62,012 nt of DNA, filler included, from Chiloscyllium plagiosum (GCF_004010195.1; 3 parts of one record of this genome joined end to end with filler, not necessarily neighbours in it); one strand, 5' to 3'; numbered from the whole stretch's first letter, positions 38,215-50,700 are shown. The notes: generated from the letters alone by a model not told the origin. Program-made: numbers and translations.

Positions 38215-41200
38215 ATCATGACCTCCCCGTCAAACAGATCTCCCAAACAGGAGATTCCTCTGGACTCCCAGAGCTTAAAGCCAGAGGCCATCGAACCCGG
38301 CTGGAATCCTGACATTCCCACTATCGCGGTGAAAGGGGAAGTTTTTTTGTAAATTGCCATTGCCCTGCAGCATCATTCTCCATGCTTTAACTGTGTTTAG
38401 GACAATCGAGTTTTTACAGAGATCCATAATAATTCTCATCTTGTCCATAAGCAACAAATTAATGAGAGGGCATTTTATCTGGCCAAATTGATCACGGATC
38501 GTGACAGGCCCATTCAGCCACATAGGATAACAAGGAACTCAATTTGGTACCTCCTAAAGTCTGGAAAATCTAGCCCCCCCCCCCCCACCTCTCCCCCCCC
38601 ACCCTTTGCGAAAGCTGCAATTTACCCAGCTTAATAAGAGGCGGCCTATGATACCAAATAAAAGATCCAAGCCAGCTGTAAAGCCTGCACAGTGTTTGCC
38701 TTGGCAGCATCAAAGGGAGCATTCTCATGGGATATAATAAGCGTGGAAGAACATTCATCTTAACCAGGGATATCCTGCCCAACCAAGATATCGGAAGATT
38801 TTCCCAGTGCCGAAGGTCCTGCCTGATTTTCTCTCGCAGCTGCTCTTAATTGCCTTTGTATAATTGACCAAAAACCGGGGTAATAAAATGCCTCAATGCA
38901 GAAAGCCTCCATGTGACCACCGGAAGGGGAAACTGGTTCCATCCCCAAAGTTGGATAATCTTGTAAGATACCCCACAGGCATGGCCTCTGATTTCATGAA
39001 ATTAATTTTATACCTTGAAAACAAACCAAATAGATTAATTACTTGTATTAAGCGGGGCACAGATGCCATTGGATCGGTTAAAAAGAGAAGGATGTCATCC
39101 GCAAAGAAGATAATTTTATGCCTGCCTGGCCCTACATCCGGGGCAATTATATTAGGATCCGTCTGAATGACTTCCGTCAACGACTCGATCACCAGTGTAA
39201 GTAATAGTGGCAAGAGAGGGCACCTTTGACAGCAGCCCCTGCCGACACTAAAACTATCTGACCTTATACGATTAGTGAGCACCGCTGCTTTCGGATCACC
39301 ATGCAGCACTGCCACCCATTTGGTAAAAACCTCTCCAAGACCAAACAGCTCCAGTACATTAGAGGTATGGCCATTCCACCTGATCAAATGCTTTCTTTGC
39401 ATCCAGGGAGACTACCAAACCTGGGGTCGTTGTTTGCTGACATATTTGGACCATTTTTAAAACTCTCCTAATACTATTGGTAGACCTATGACCCTTAATA
39501 AAACCCGTCTGGTCCTCCTTTACAATAAAAGGCAATCCCCTTTCCACCCTTAATGCTGGCATTTTCAACAGGATTTTAAAATCCACGTTCAGTAATGATA
39601 TGGGCCTGTACGAAGTGCAATCCTCTGGGACTTTTCCTTTCTTAAGGATAAGAGAAATAGTTGCTTCTCTCAAAGAAGATGGGAGACAGCCATGACTGAA
39701 TGAGTAATTGTACATATCCACGAGTGGCCCAGCCAGCTTGTCTATAAACCCCTTATAAATCCATCTGGTCCAGGCACTTTACCACTCTAGAGCAGCCTTA
39801 CTGCCTCCTGTACTTCCTGAATTGGCAAAAAGGACACCTGCTCTAAGGTTACACCCAAAAGGTCCAAGGTCTTAAAAAAAGACTCCATCCTCATCATTTG
39901 ATCCTCACAGCCCTCTAACTGATACAGGTCAAAATAAAATTTTCTAAATGCTGCATTAATCTTTTTGGCATTGCAAGTCAGAGTACCAGCACACTCTCTG
40001 ATGGATATAATAGATTGGGGGGCATTCTTCTTTCTGGCCAAGTACGCTAGATATCTACCCGATTTATCACCGTACTCAAATAATCTCTGTTTTGCAAAAG
40101 AGATTTTCCTCTTTGCTGTTTGGGTAAATGCAGCATTTAAAGTAGCCCTAAGGACTGTAATCCTCTGTAATTTAGTTATAGATGGCCTATCAAAATATGC
40201 TAACTCAGCTGCCTTCAGGCAGGCCTTGGGCAAACGTTGCTGTTCTCCCCTCTGTCGTTTCCGGGTTGCAGAGTAAGAAATAATTAAACCCCGTGTATAG
40301 GCCTTGGCAGTCTCCCGATGGGTTGCTGGCCGTACCTGAATTGATATCCCAAAGCATTTTAAACTACTGCAAAAAAAACCCTATAAACGGAAAGGGTCAA
40401 TGCGCCAGTGCCGAGAACCCACCCCACCAGCTCCAGCCTTGACCTCCATAAACACTACCGCGTGATCAGAAATGGTTATATTCCCTATTCTGCAGGGCAG
40501 TACCGTGTTCAAAAAGGCCGATGGGGCAAAATACATGTTAATTCTGATATTTCACTTATGTGGATTAGGAAAAAAGATATAATTCCTACCTTCGGGGTGG
40601 AGGCATCTCCATACATCCACCAATCCCAACTCCTTGTTCAAGTCCACCAACTGCCTGGATTGTGGAGACATACCCGCAAGACCCCTAGGCATCCTGTCCA
40701 CCTCGGAGTCAATAATGCGGTTAAAGTCTCCCCCTATAATTGTATGACGCCCCATTGGCCATCAATCTAAAAAGCGTATCCGTTACAAATTTAAAGGGAT
40801 GTGCCGGGGGCAATATACATTAAGAATCCCATGAGACTCTCCATGTATCGCCCAGACTCATCCTTTATTTGGCCTAGCATTTGAAACAGGAGGTTCTTCC
40901 GGATGAGAAGAACTCCTCTGCTTTTGGAGTTAAAAGATGAGAAAAACACAAGGCCGAATCCTCCTTGTTGCAACTGAAATGCTCCTTATTGGTTAAGTGT
41001 GTTTCTTGCAACAAGACTACATCGACCATCTCATTTCTAAAGCTTGACAGTATCTTTTTTTCTCTCAATTGGTGCGTAACTCCCCTTAACATTCCAGATG
41101 TACCATTTAAACGAATAGTTAGCCATTATCATCCAAAACAGTCTGAGACCCCCCCCCGGGAGGAAGAACCCCACTCAGAGCATGCCGAGTTAAAACTATA

Positions 41201-43847
41201 AACAGTACATTTAAGTTTAAAAAGGCAACTTCCAAAACTACTCAATCAAAACTTCTAACAACTACTTCTACAACATAAGAGCATAAAACATAACTGAAAG
41301 GAGACTTTTCCCCCTTGCTCACAGGGAGCACTCATACCACCCATTAATCCCACCATGATTCCTTCTAACTGAAGCCGAAGCCATGCCCCTGCCCCAGACA
41401 ACACAAAGTAAGGGAAAAAAAACAATATTTTATGACAAGAAAGTTAAAAGTTGGCACCCAACCCATCCCTCCATACTGTAATCCTAGGCACTCCTGGTAG
41501 AACAACAAAAAAAGACCTCTCCCTGCTTCTCCCAACCGTCCCTCCCCCCATCCAAGCAAAGGATGACGCGGAGGGGAAGAGAGGGGAGAGGGAACAAAAA
41601 CAAAGGAAAAGAGTTAATTATGACCCCGACATATTTTAAAAGGAAGACCAAGATCACCCCCCGACAACCAGGTAAACCAGGCAAATTACAGAAAAGAAAA
41701 GCAGAATAGAATTCGGGCCTGTCAGTCTAATTTAGCGCATCCAAGAAGTCCTTTGCCTCTTCTGGTGAATCAAAGTTGAACATGGACCCTCTGTGGCTGA
41801 ATCGCCGGATATCTAACAGAATACTGGATATTCAGGTCCCTCAGCCGCCTTTTTACCTCATCAAATGGCTTCCTCTTGCGAATCACAACTGGAGAGAAGC
41901 TCTGAAAAAGGATGATTTGTGATCCTTTATATACCATAGCCTAGGGATCCTTCCAGCATCATTGGTTTGTCTCTATAGTGCTGGAGTTGCACAGGGGCTG
42001 GGCGGAGGCGCTGGTCTGAGCTGGGCCTGCGCACAGCAACCTGGTGAGCACACTTGACCCACACCCAGCACACCTCAACCTCCAGCCTTAGAAACTGTGA
42101 GACCCATTGCTTCAGAAAGCTGACGAGGTGGCCTTCTTCCTCCCGTTTGGGAAACTCCAGCAACTGGATGTTCTTCCGAAGACCTCGATTTTCAAGGTCG
42201 TCGACCTACTCCTCCAAGGCCCGCACTTGACATTCCAGAGCCTAAACCCTGAGGATTCAGCTACGGTTCCCCCCCCCCCCCAGATCTCTGCGAACTCCGA
42301 GATCAGGCTCCGCTCTGCAGGTGAGTTCTCTGGGGTGGCTGGGGAGGCCGACACTGCAGCTACTAGTGCGTCTGTTGCTGCAGCAGGGGAGGCAGGGGGT
42401 GGTTCCCTCGTGCTCCTTTCCCTTAGTCATCCTTTAAACTGCACCAAACTAGTTCAAGAGGTCAGGAAATAACTATTTTCAACAAATTGGACAATGAAGG
42501 GAGGGTGAGTGCCCCACTTTCCCTTGGCTCTAGTGCAGAGCTCAGCAAAGTAGACCTACTGGGTCACTGCCATCTTGAACCCCCCTCCCCCCCCCATCCT
42601 TTCCATTTTAAATGGGTGACCCCTTATAAGTTATGGCATTTTATATAATGACACTTACCCCAATATTAAATTATGCACTTGAAACTTTAACCAATCAAGC
42701 AATAGGAGGTAGTCTAGTGCAGTAACTCAGGAAACTTTATTCAAACTATAAATAATACCTAATTAAAAAATCATACCTAACGCAGGCCCTGTCTGGCACA
42801 TATACCCTTCAAGACCCAGTCAGCTCACACAGTACTAGAGCTTTTTAAAATTTATTCATGAGATGTAAATGGTGCTGGCAAGGTTAGCATTTGTTGCCAT
42901 TCCTTGAAGTCATTCTGAGTATGACACCTCTGAAGACAGTCAGTGTTAATGAAGTTCTGCAGGCTTTTAATCTTTACACCAATGGATAATTTACTGAGAA
43001 TTGGTGCCAAATCTTAAAGTACAGAAGTAAGCCATTTGGCCTGACATTCCAATACCAAGTGTTTGAAAGAGCTATCCAATTAGACACAATTCCTGCTCTC
43101 CTCACAGATTACTACAGGTTTTCCCTTCTGTTTCCTATTCCTGTAATATCCCATAGCCGTACAAGCTTTCTCACAATTTGCAATTTCTTTAAATCTCGTC
43201 TCAATCCATTCTCCTAGCTGCTTGGCTACTCAGGGCGTTGTAGTCAACCTCCTAGAAACCAGGTGCAGGAAATTCCTGGTTGGAACCTTCCTATCGCAAC
43301 TCTTTTGTTTCTCCTGCCTTTGGTTCATCCCTTTGATTCTGATCACCATCCCACATTTCCACCCTCTGTGGTAAGTTACCACTGCCAAAGATAGCTGCCT
43401 GCGGGAGGCAGAGTTGGCTGTGGCGATACCACACTGGCACACAGAAACACTTGACCACTCGCTGGTTGTCCTGCTAGCCCTCTCCCGCCCTGTCCTGCTG
43501 CCCTATCCACCACAGAGCTTACTGTTTTGCTGAGGAAATGGTGAAGTCAGTGAGGTGGAGGGTGAGGCACCAAGTGTTTTTTCTGAGCTCACTGGTTTTC
43601 TAATTAATTTCAAGACCATCAAGCTTCCGTATGAAATAAAATATGAAGTTACTATGCAGGTCTTATATGGTCAAAGGGAGTCCAGCTGCAAAGCTGCCTT
43701 CCTGCAACAAATGGCCTTTTATTTGTGACCCCTTTGGAAAAGGCCATGATGGATTTCTCTCTGAAAGGTGTAATGTTAGTATAGGCTGCTGTTGGTTTTC
43801 TATTGAGCTGAAATATGCCTCACTATCTTACCTATTATGCTTTCCAG

Positions 43848-43939
43848 TTACAAAGGGTTGGTGGCAGAAGCTTTGAGACAGCTGATTGGGGATCAGTGTT
43901 ACAAACAAGACGAGGTTCTTCCCCCAGGGTATTATACAG
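43848..43939 (+). CDS. fastk: FASTK internal exon E, 92 nt, phase 2-1 (this reading frame is absent from the supplied ORF track)
   Basis: Acceptor tgctttccag| and donor G|gtaatg. (S)YKGLVAEALRQLIGDQCYKQDEVLPPGYYT resembles human SHKDIVAEGLRQLLGEEKYRQDLTVPPGYCT. Phase fits exon D, and the five exons total 1089 nt in one open frame. Confidence 0.92.
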
Positions 43940-44199
43940 GTAATGATCCTTAAATGAGCTGTCTTCCTGTTTTAATACACTGCATCACTTAAAGAGTAAC
44001 TTGTGAACTCTGCTATCCCAGTATTGTGATATATAAATTGCATAGTTTATATGCATTTAATATTGGTTCTTTTAAGTTTGGACTAGCAATATATATACAA
44101 TATGTGTCTGAAGTTAATACTTAAGTTGTCTGTGCTTCTGTAGCCATGGAGATTTCTTCTAATACAGTTTGGGGGAGGTCCATTGGCTGCAATAATGAG

Positions 44200-44505
44200 T
44201 TTTTCATTAAACAAGAAAACCACAGAACTGAAAATGCTGGAATTGAAAGAAAATGGGATTTACTGGAAAACCCCAGCTAGTCTGACAGCATCTGTGGAGA
44301 GAAAGCAAAGTTAATCTTTAGGGTCCAGTGACTCTTCTTGGTGTATTTGCTGACAATGGGGTGAGGGAGGGGAGAGGAGTAAACAATAGGTGGAGATGGA
44401 GCCCAGGGAGAGAGAGAGAGACAACAATTGGACAGACAAAGGAATGAGGGAAGGTCATCCTGGGAGAATGTATAGCTGCTAATTAGAGCTGATAGTGGCT
44501 GACTT
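44200..44505 (-). mobile_element. Decayed Penelope-like 3' UTR/pLTR fragment (similar pieces at about 2400-2860, 17600-17695, 29220-29335, 45030-45125, 58780-58950)
   Basis: Shared pLTR tail (cacagatgctgtcagac...) and decayed GGGTCACTGGACCC stem. Confidence 0.5.
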
Positions 44506-45999
44506 TAGTTGATTCTGGACAAAATTGATTATCATATGGACAAATTTCTTGGTAAAGATATGCACAGATTACTGAAGGTGGCAAAACAGGAAGAGAGAGC
44601 AATTAATAAAGCATTCGATGTCCCCAGCTTTATTAATTGGCATAGAGTACAAGAGCAGGGTGGTGATATTAAACACTTGTTAGACCTCAGCTGGAGTATA
44701 ATGTACAGTTCTGGGTGCAAGATGTAAATGCTTTGGAGAGAGTACCGAAACAATTTACAAGGATGGTTCTTGAAACTGGAAACTTCAATTTTGAGGATAG
44801 ATTTGAGAAATTGGGACTGTTAATCTTCTCTTCAAGAAGAAGACAAGATTTGAAAGAGGTATTTTAAAATCATGAGGAGTCTGGAGGTAGAGAGAGAGAG
44901 AAGCTGTTCCCATTGGTGGAAGGAGAGGCAGTGGCATGGTGTTAATGTCCCTGGATCAGTAATCCAGAGCCCCAGTTCTGGGAATGTTGATTTGATGGTG
45001 AAATTGGTCTAGTGGCGTCAGTCTAACCAGTTCTGAAGAACAGTCGTATTGAACTCAAAAGTTTACTCTGTTTTTCTCTCCACAGATGCTGCCAGACCTG
45101 CTGAGTTTCTCTGGCTCTTTCTGCTTTTATTATTATCATAGTACTCTAAATGTGGTCTAACCAAAGTTTACTATTGGTTCACAATTTTCTCCCTATCTCA
45201 TAAAACCCAGTGCCTGGTTTGCTCTTTCTGTAATAATCAATTTATAGTTAGTTAATCTGTCTTGTTTTGATGATGCTGTTTGAGGGATAAACATTGAGTA
45301 GGACACTTAGGGGGATTTTGCATTTCTTCAAATCTGGCAATAGGATCTTTTGCATTCCTCTGAACAAGGAGAGAAGAATGGGAAAGAAGCCCTTGATTTA
45401 AAATCTAAAAAGAGAGATGGACCCTCTATCAGTGGGTTCTCGCTTTGATCTCTGATGGGTGCTCAATGAACAGTTGAATATTTCTTGAGCTTAGGGCCAA
45501 GTAATGTTGAAAGTGGCCCGTTTCTAATTGCCCCTGTGTGATTATGTGGTCCAGCCAGACAGCAACCTAGTGTGATTTGTCTGTGGATGAATTAGCATTG
45601 GTTGTGATGCCACCCACAGTTGAATTGTTTGTGCTCTAAATCTAAGCTCATGTTTAAAGGCTGGTACTTGGCTGTCTCAAATGAAGCCAGTGGCCTTAGG
45701 CTGTGCATCAGGAAGATTCGAGCAAACAAAAGGAGGAAAATAAGACTTGGAGTAATCCTGATTTCTAATTTTATTTTTAGTATGTAGGTGACTTGAGCAA
45801 AGTTATGTATTTTGTTCCCTAGATGCCCTTGAAAGACATCAGCAGCCCAATTGTATTTTTATGACCATCAGCAGTTTTCCTGCAAATTTATTTTTCATAG
45901 TGACAAACCACAAGTTACCCGGTTGTTTCAATTCAGTTTAATAACCCATCATAGCCTCTTTCTGTGCCATAAATTATTATGTTTGTCCTATGGAGATTA

Positions 46000-46497
46000 T
46001 GTGCAGCATAGGTTCACGAGGTCAATTCCTGGAATGGCGGGATTACCTTACACTGAAAGACTGGAGCGACTGGGTTTGTATACCCTTGAGTTTAGAAGAC
46101 TGAGAGGGGATCTGATTGAAACATATAAGATTATTAAAGGATTGGACACTCTGGCGGCAGGAAACATGTTTCCGCTGATGGGTGAGTGCCGAACCAGAGG
46201 ACACAGTTTAAAAATATGGGGTAGACCATTTAGGACAGAGATGAGGAGAAACTTCTTCACCCAGAGAGTGGTGGCTGTGTGGAATGCTCTGCCCCAGAGG
46301 GCAGTGGAGGCCCAGTCTCTGGATTCATTTAAGAAAGAGTTGGATAGAGCTCTCAAAGATAGTGGAATCAAGGGTTGTGGAGATAAGGCAGGAACAGGAT
46401 ATTGATTAAGGATAATCAGCCATCACCATGTTGAATGGTGATGCAGGCTCGAAGGGCAGAATGGCCTACTCCTGCACCTATTGTCTATTGTCTATGT
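46000..46497 (+). mobile_element. CR1 3' end
   Basis: RRLRGDLIETYKI...FFTQRVVAVWNALP and (TATTGTC)n tail. Confidence 0.85.
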
Positions 46498-47461
46498 CAG
46501 CTCTCTCTATCGCACTTTAATCAGCCCATTTGCTCACTCTGTCCCCATATCCCTGTAAGTTATTTTCTATAAGTTCCCTTTCAAATTTCTTTTGGAATTA
46601 TTGATCATTTCCACTTCGACCATCCTCTTGTTCCACATTATTACCACTCACTGTGTTTAAAAAATAAATTCCATAGATTCTCTCATGTATTTCTCACTCA
46701 AAACCACAAACCTGTGTCTCCCCGGTCCTTCTATCTTCAGCATGTAGAAAGAGTTTTATGAGTATACGAACAAGGAACAGTGTTCCTGTCAGCCCCTTAA
46801 GCTTGTGCTGCCATTTGGTAAGATCATATATAACTAAAAACTAACTGATTAAAACTAAAAATCTACTTTCCTGCCTACCCTGATAACTTTTCAATCCCCT
46901 GCTTAAACAATCATCTCGTCACCTCTACTTTAAAAATATTCAAGGACACTGTTTCCACCACCTTTTCAGGAAGAGAAAATGTTTTGTCTCACCTCAGTTT
47001 TAATGGGCAACTCCTGATTTTTAAACAGTGGCTCCTCATTCTCGATTATCTGCAAACGGAAACATTTTCTCTACTTTGATCCTGTCAAAGCTCCTCTTGT
47101 ATTCTTCAATCAAGTCTCCCTTCACATTTCTAAACTCCAGTGGAAACAAGCCCAGTCTGTATAACTTTTCCTCATAAGCCAACCACTCATTCCAGGTATC
47201 AATCTAGTAAACCACCTGTGAACCGCCTCTAGTGCATTTGCGGTGTTCTTTAAATAAGGAGACCAAAACTGAACAGTATTCACGACCTACTGTTCCCAAT
47301 ATTCTACATAATTGAATCAAAACATCCTGTTCATTCATTCATTCAGAACATGCGGGCATCACTGGCTGGGTGACTATTTATTGCCCATCCTTAATTCCCC
47401 TTGAGAAGGTGGTGGTGAGCTGCCTTCTTGAACAGTCCATGTGCAGTAGGTAGGTTCCCAT

Positions 47462-47921
47462 TCTGGATGTAAGTTTGCTCGCTGAGCTGGAAGGTTCATT
47501 TCCAGAAGCTTCATTACCCTACTAGGTAACATCTTCAGTGGGCCTCAGGCAAAGCAATGCTGAAAATTCCTGCTTTCTATTTATATCTTTGGGTTTCTGA
47601 TGTCATTTCCTGTGGTGATATTATTTCGATGTGTTCCGAACGGAACTCTGTCAACAAACACATTGAGTTAGACCCCCATCTACCACCCCCGAGAGAAGGA
47701 ACTGGAGTGACTTTTCCACAAGAAATAACAACACCACAGGAAATGACTTCACCAACTCAAAGATGTAAATAGAAAGCAGGAATTTTCAGCATTGCTTCAC
47801 CTGAGGCCCACTGAAGATGTTACGTAGTAGGGTAATGAAACATCTGGAAATGAATCTTTCAGCTCAGCAAGCAAACCTACATCCAAAACCTCAACCTGAG
47901 CTACAAATCTTCTCAAAACTC
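47462..47921. mobile_element. Fold-back Penelope-like pLTR pair (family D) with a hammerhead motif at 47808-47847
   Basis: Inverted arms at about 47462-47627 and 47722-47888. The + arm reads CCA-CUGAAGA-U-GUUAC-GUAGUAGG-GUAAU-GAAA-CA-UC/UGG. A related single copy lies at about 18740-18857. Confidence 0.65.
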
Positions 47922-48529
47922 GGGAGATTCCCATCTCATGAACAAATCAAAATAAAGGGATTAAATCAACTTTAAATCATTAAAAATCTGGAATTAAGAG
48001 TCCAATGACCAGTAAACTATAGCTGATGGTCAGAAGAACCCATCTGATTCACTAAAGTCCTTCAGGAAAGGAAACCATATGTGTCAATATTGCTACGTTG
48101 CCAATATGTGACTCCAGACCCACAATATGGTTGATGTTGAACTGCCCTCTGCTCTGCACTGCACTAAGGGATGGGCAATAAATGTTGGTCTAGTCAGTGA
48201 TGCTCGCATCCTGTGAATGAATAAAAATGAGTCTTAATTGGTTCCTTAGGGGCCTCAATAGCCCTACGTCTTTCATTGTTACTGTAAAACCCCATATAGG
48301 GTGGGGATAGGTAGGGAAGAGTGTGGCCATCTGCAAGATTCACAAATTGTCCCTTTCTCCTCTGAACACATCAGCGGTGGAACGTAAAATGTAGCCCAAA
48401 GTGTCACACTCTACCCTATCAAACCCCTTCAGCATCTTATATGTTTCTATGAGATCACTGCTGTCTGTGTGCCAGACCTCTGAGAATGTAGTCCCAGTTT
48501 ACTCAGCCTCTCATCAGACAGACATTTCT

Positions 48530-49038
48530 GTGGCCAGCAGAGAAAATGCAGAATGGTGTGTTGTTTCCCTGGTGCCAGGATCAAGGATGTCTCAGAGAGG
48601 GTGCAGAATGTTCTCACAGGGGAGAGGGGCCAGGAGGAGGTCATTGTCCACATTGGAACCAACGTCATTGGAAGGGAAAAGGTTGAGATTCTGAAGGGAG
48701 ATTCCAGAGAGTTAGGCAGAAATTTAAAAAGGAGGTCCTCAAGGGTAGTAATATCTGGATTACTCCCAGTGCTACGAGCTAGTGAGGGCAGGAATAGGAG
48801 GATAGAGCAGATGAATGCATGGATGAAAGCTGGTGTATGGGAGAAGGATTCACATTTTTGGATCATTGGAATCTCTTTTGGGGTAGAAGTGACCTGTACA
48901 AGAAGGATGGATTGCATCTAAATTGGAAGGGGACTAATATACTGGCAGGGAAATTTGCTAGAATTGCTTGGGAAGATTTAAACTAGTAAGGTGGTGGTGG
49001 GGGGGGGGGGGGGGGGGGGGCGATGGGACCAGGGAGAT
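48530..49038 (+). mobile_element. CR1 ORF1 (esterase) fragment, cut by the spacer
   Basis: MVCCFPGARIKDV...VHIGTN...VVISGLLPV. Confidence 0.8.
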
Positions 49039-49138
49039 NNNNNNNNNNNNNNNNNNNNNNNNNNNNNNNNNNNNNNNNNNNNTTAATTAATTAANNNNNN
49101 NNNNNNNNNNNNNNNNNNNNNNNNNNNNNNNNNNNNNN
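49039..49138. other. Artificial assembly spacer 44N-TTAATTAATTAA-44N
   Basis: Same structure as the spacer at 22878-22977; both flanks are G-rich. Confidence 0.95.
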
Positions 49139-49367
49139 GTGTGGGTGTGGATTGGGGAGGGTGGGGATGAGCGGGGTTGGTGGGGATGGGGTGAGGGGGG
49201 TGGGGTGCGGGGGATTGGTGAGGGGGGTGGGGGATCTGTAGGGGGAGGTGGAGTATTGGAGGAGATGAATGTGATTGTTGAGGGGATGAGGCCCCATTTT
49301 CTCCGACCTCCAAGAAGCCTGGCCCGGGAGGGAAGGGGAGGGGAGCGAACCCTCCGCCATTTCTTAC

Positions 49368-49460
49368 CGTTAACCCAGCGGCTCCTTCCCGCCTCTCGGC
49401 TCTGGCCGTTACACCACGTGATCCAGTGGCGTCGTGTTGCCCTGGCGTCGCCGCAAGGTC
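49368..49460 (-). other. Candidate non-coding first exon of a minus-strand transcript (start approximate)
   Basis: Minus-strand donor ACG|GTAAGA at the left edge of the CpG island; no ATG in the exon. Confidence 0.5.
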
Positions 49461-49999
49461 TCTTGGGGGTTGTAGTTCCCGCGCCGGTGCGTGACGCAAT
49501 CCAACAGCGCATCAATGGCGCCGTTTGGCGTCAACACCACCCGCCGACCCTCTCCCAGACTGCAACAGGACCTCAGTGGGTGTCGATCAGAGTCTCCTGT
49601 CAGTCAACCAACGGTGGGTTTAATAATGTGGAATTTGATTCACTCACCAGCTATTATAATTTAAAAATATAATGCACCAACTAATGTTTTGAATTATGAA
49701 TATGTACGAACCCGGCTTTCCCGTAAAGATCAGCGCATTGTCGGATTTGTAGTTCATCGCGCCCATTGAACAACGGCTCAGAATATCAGCGTGGACTACA
49801 GCTCCCAGAAGGCTGATGGGCAGCGCGAAGGCATCGCGTGAGGGTCCGTCAATAGGTGCCGGTGGCGGGGGAGGGCGGAGCCTGGCGTCCCGCGCGGTTC
49901 CTTCTGGAAGTTGTAGTTATTTTGTGGAAGCTGTTCCAGCCAACAGGCAGCTGAAACTGCACCAGACACACTACAATTCCCAGAGGGCCAAGGGCTGAG

Positions 50000-50120
50000 C
50001 TTCCGCCAGGCTCGAGGGAAGGGTAGGCAGAAGCCGGTCGGCACGCGGCTTATCGAGGTGTCACTGACGGACCGGTGTTAAACAGGACGGCAACCGACAA
50101 TCTCCCGTCGGCTTCTCCAG
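50000..50120 (+). other. Candidate non-coding first exon of a plus-strand transcript (start approximate)
   Basis: Donor CAG|GTGAGG at 50120/50121, just downstream of the last SBS motif; no ATG in the exon. Confidence 0.45.
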
Positions 50121-50665
50121 GTGAGGAATCGTCCATGATATGGTCTTGCGGATTGAGTTCATAAAGAAGAAGAAGCTGCAGCCGCAGCAGCGAAATCTCT
50201 CCTCAGGCCGGGCCGAGCTGTTGTGAGGCTCCGGCTCGGCCCTGGTCACTTAGGCCCCGGCGAGAATCCTCCCGCTTCCCAGAACAGTTTTGGGTTCGAG
50301 GCCCAGTTCCTAATCTCTGCTGATACTCGTCGATAATGAAATCCAATGGTCTAGGGCGGTTAGGTGCATTTTAAACGTGCACCAGCCCATGATGGGATTG
50401 AATGGAGGAACACACAGGAAGGGCTGAATGGCCTCCTCCTCCTCCGAACTGTTAACGCGCCCAGTTGTGAGAGAGAGGGTGGGGTCAGTTTTTAATTCGT
50501 TCATGGGATGTGTGCTAGAACGTATTGTCTTTGACAAAGGTGGTGGTGGGTTGCCTGCATGAACTGCTGTAGTTTCCGGAAAGGACGGCTCCATCAGGTC
50601 ATTAATTTTCTGAGTTAAAAATCACACAATACCAGGTTATAGTCCAACAGGTTTAATTGGAAGCA

Positions 50666-50700
50666 CACTAGCTTTCGGAGCGACGCTCCTTCATCAGGTG
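50666..50700 (-). ncRNA. Minimal type I hammerhead ribozyme motif (family C)
   Basis: Minus strand reads CAC-CUGAUGA-A-GGAGC-GUC-GCUCC-GAAA-GC-UA/GUG. The core, stem I (CAC/GUG), 5-bp stem II and palindromic AGCU helix III are all intact. Confidence 0.8.

Larger units (their letters stand above)
34543..42595 (-). mobile_element. Full-span, decayed L1-clade (L1/Tx1-like) LINE, antisense within the fastk intron
   Basis: G-rich 5' end; ORF1 remnants at about 42430-41725. ORF2 motifs LQETHL, IIGGDFN, YRPISLLNVDFKIL, DQTGFIKG, SLDAKKAFD, FADDIL and GRISLVKMNVLPRLLY. Poly-A remnant at 34543 and TSD ATCCTTT at 34536-34542 and 42596-42602. Confidence 0.85.
49300..50300. promoter_or_regulatory. CpG-island promoter, probably bidirectional, with five ZNF143(SBS)/THAP11-type motifs
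   Basis: High CpG density in an otherwise CpG-poor window. ACTACA-nn-TCCCA-like motifs at 49461-49476(-), 49735-49753(-), 49795-49813(+), 49899-49917(-) and 49970-49988(+). E-box CACGTG at 49415-49420 and a GC box near 49867-49880. Confidence 0.8.

Noticed and set aside
49083..50594. Pro/Gly-rich ORFs across the CpG island
   Set aside because: Expected from GC-rich, stop-poor sequence; some run into the N spacer.
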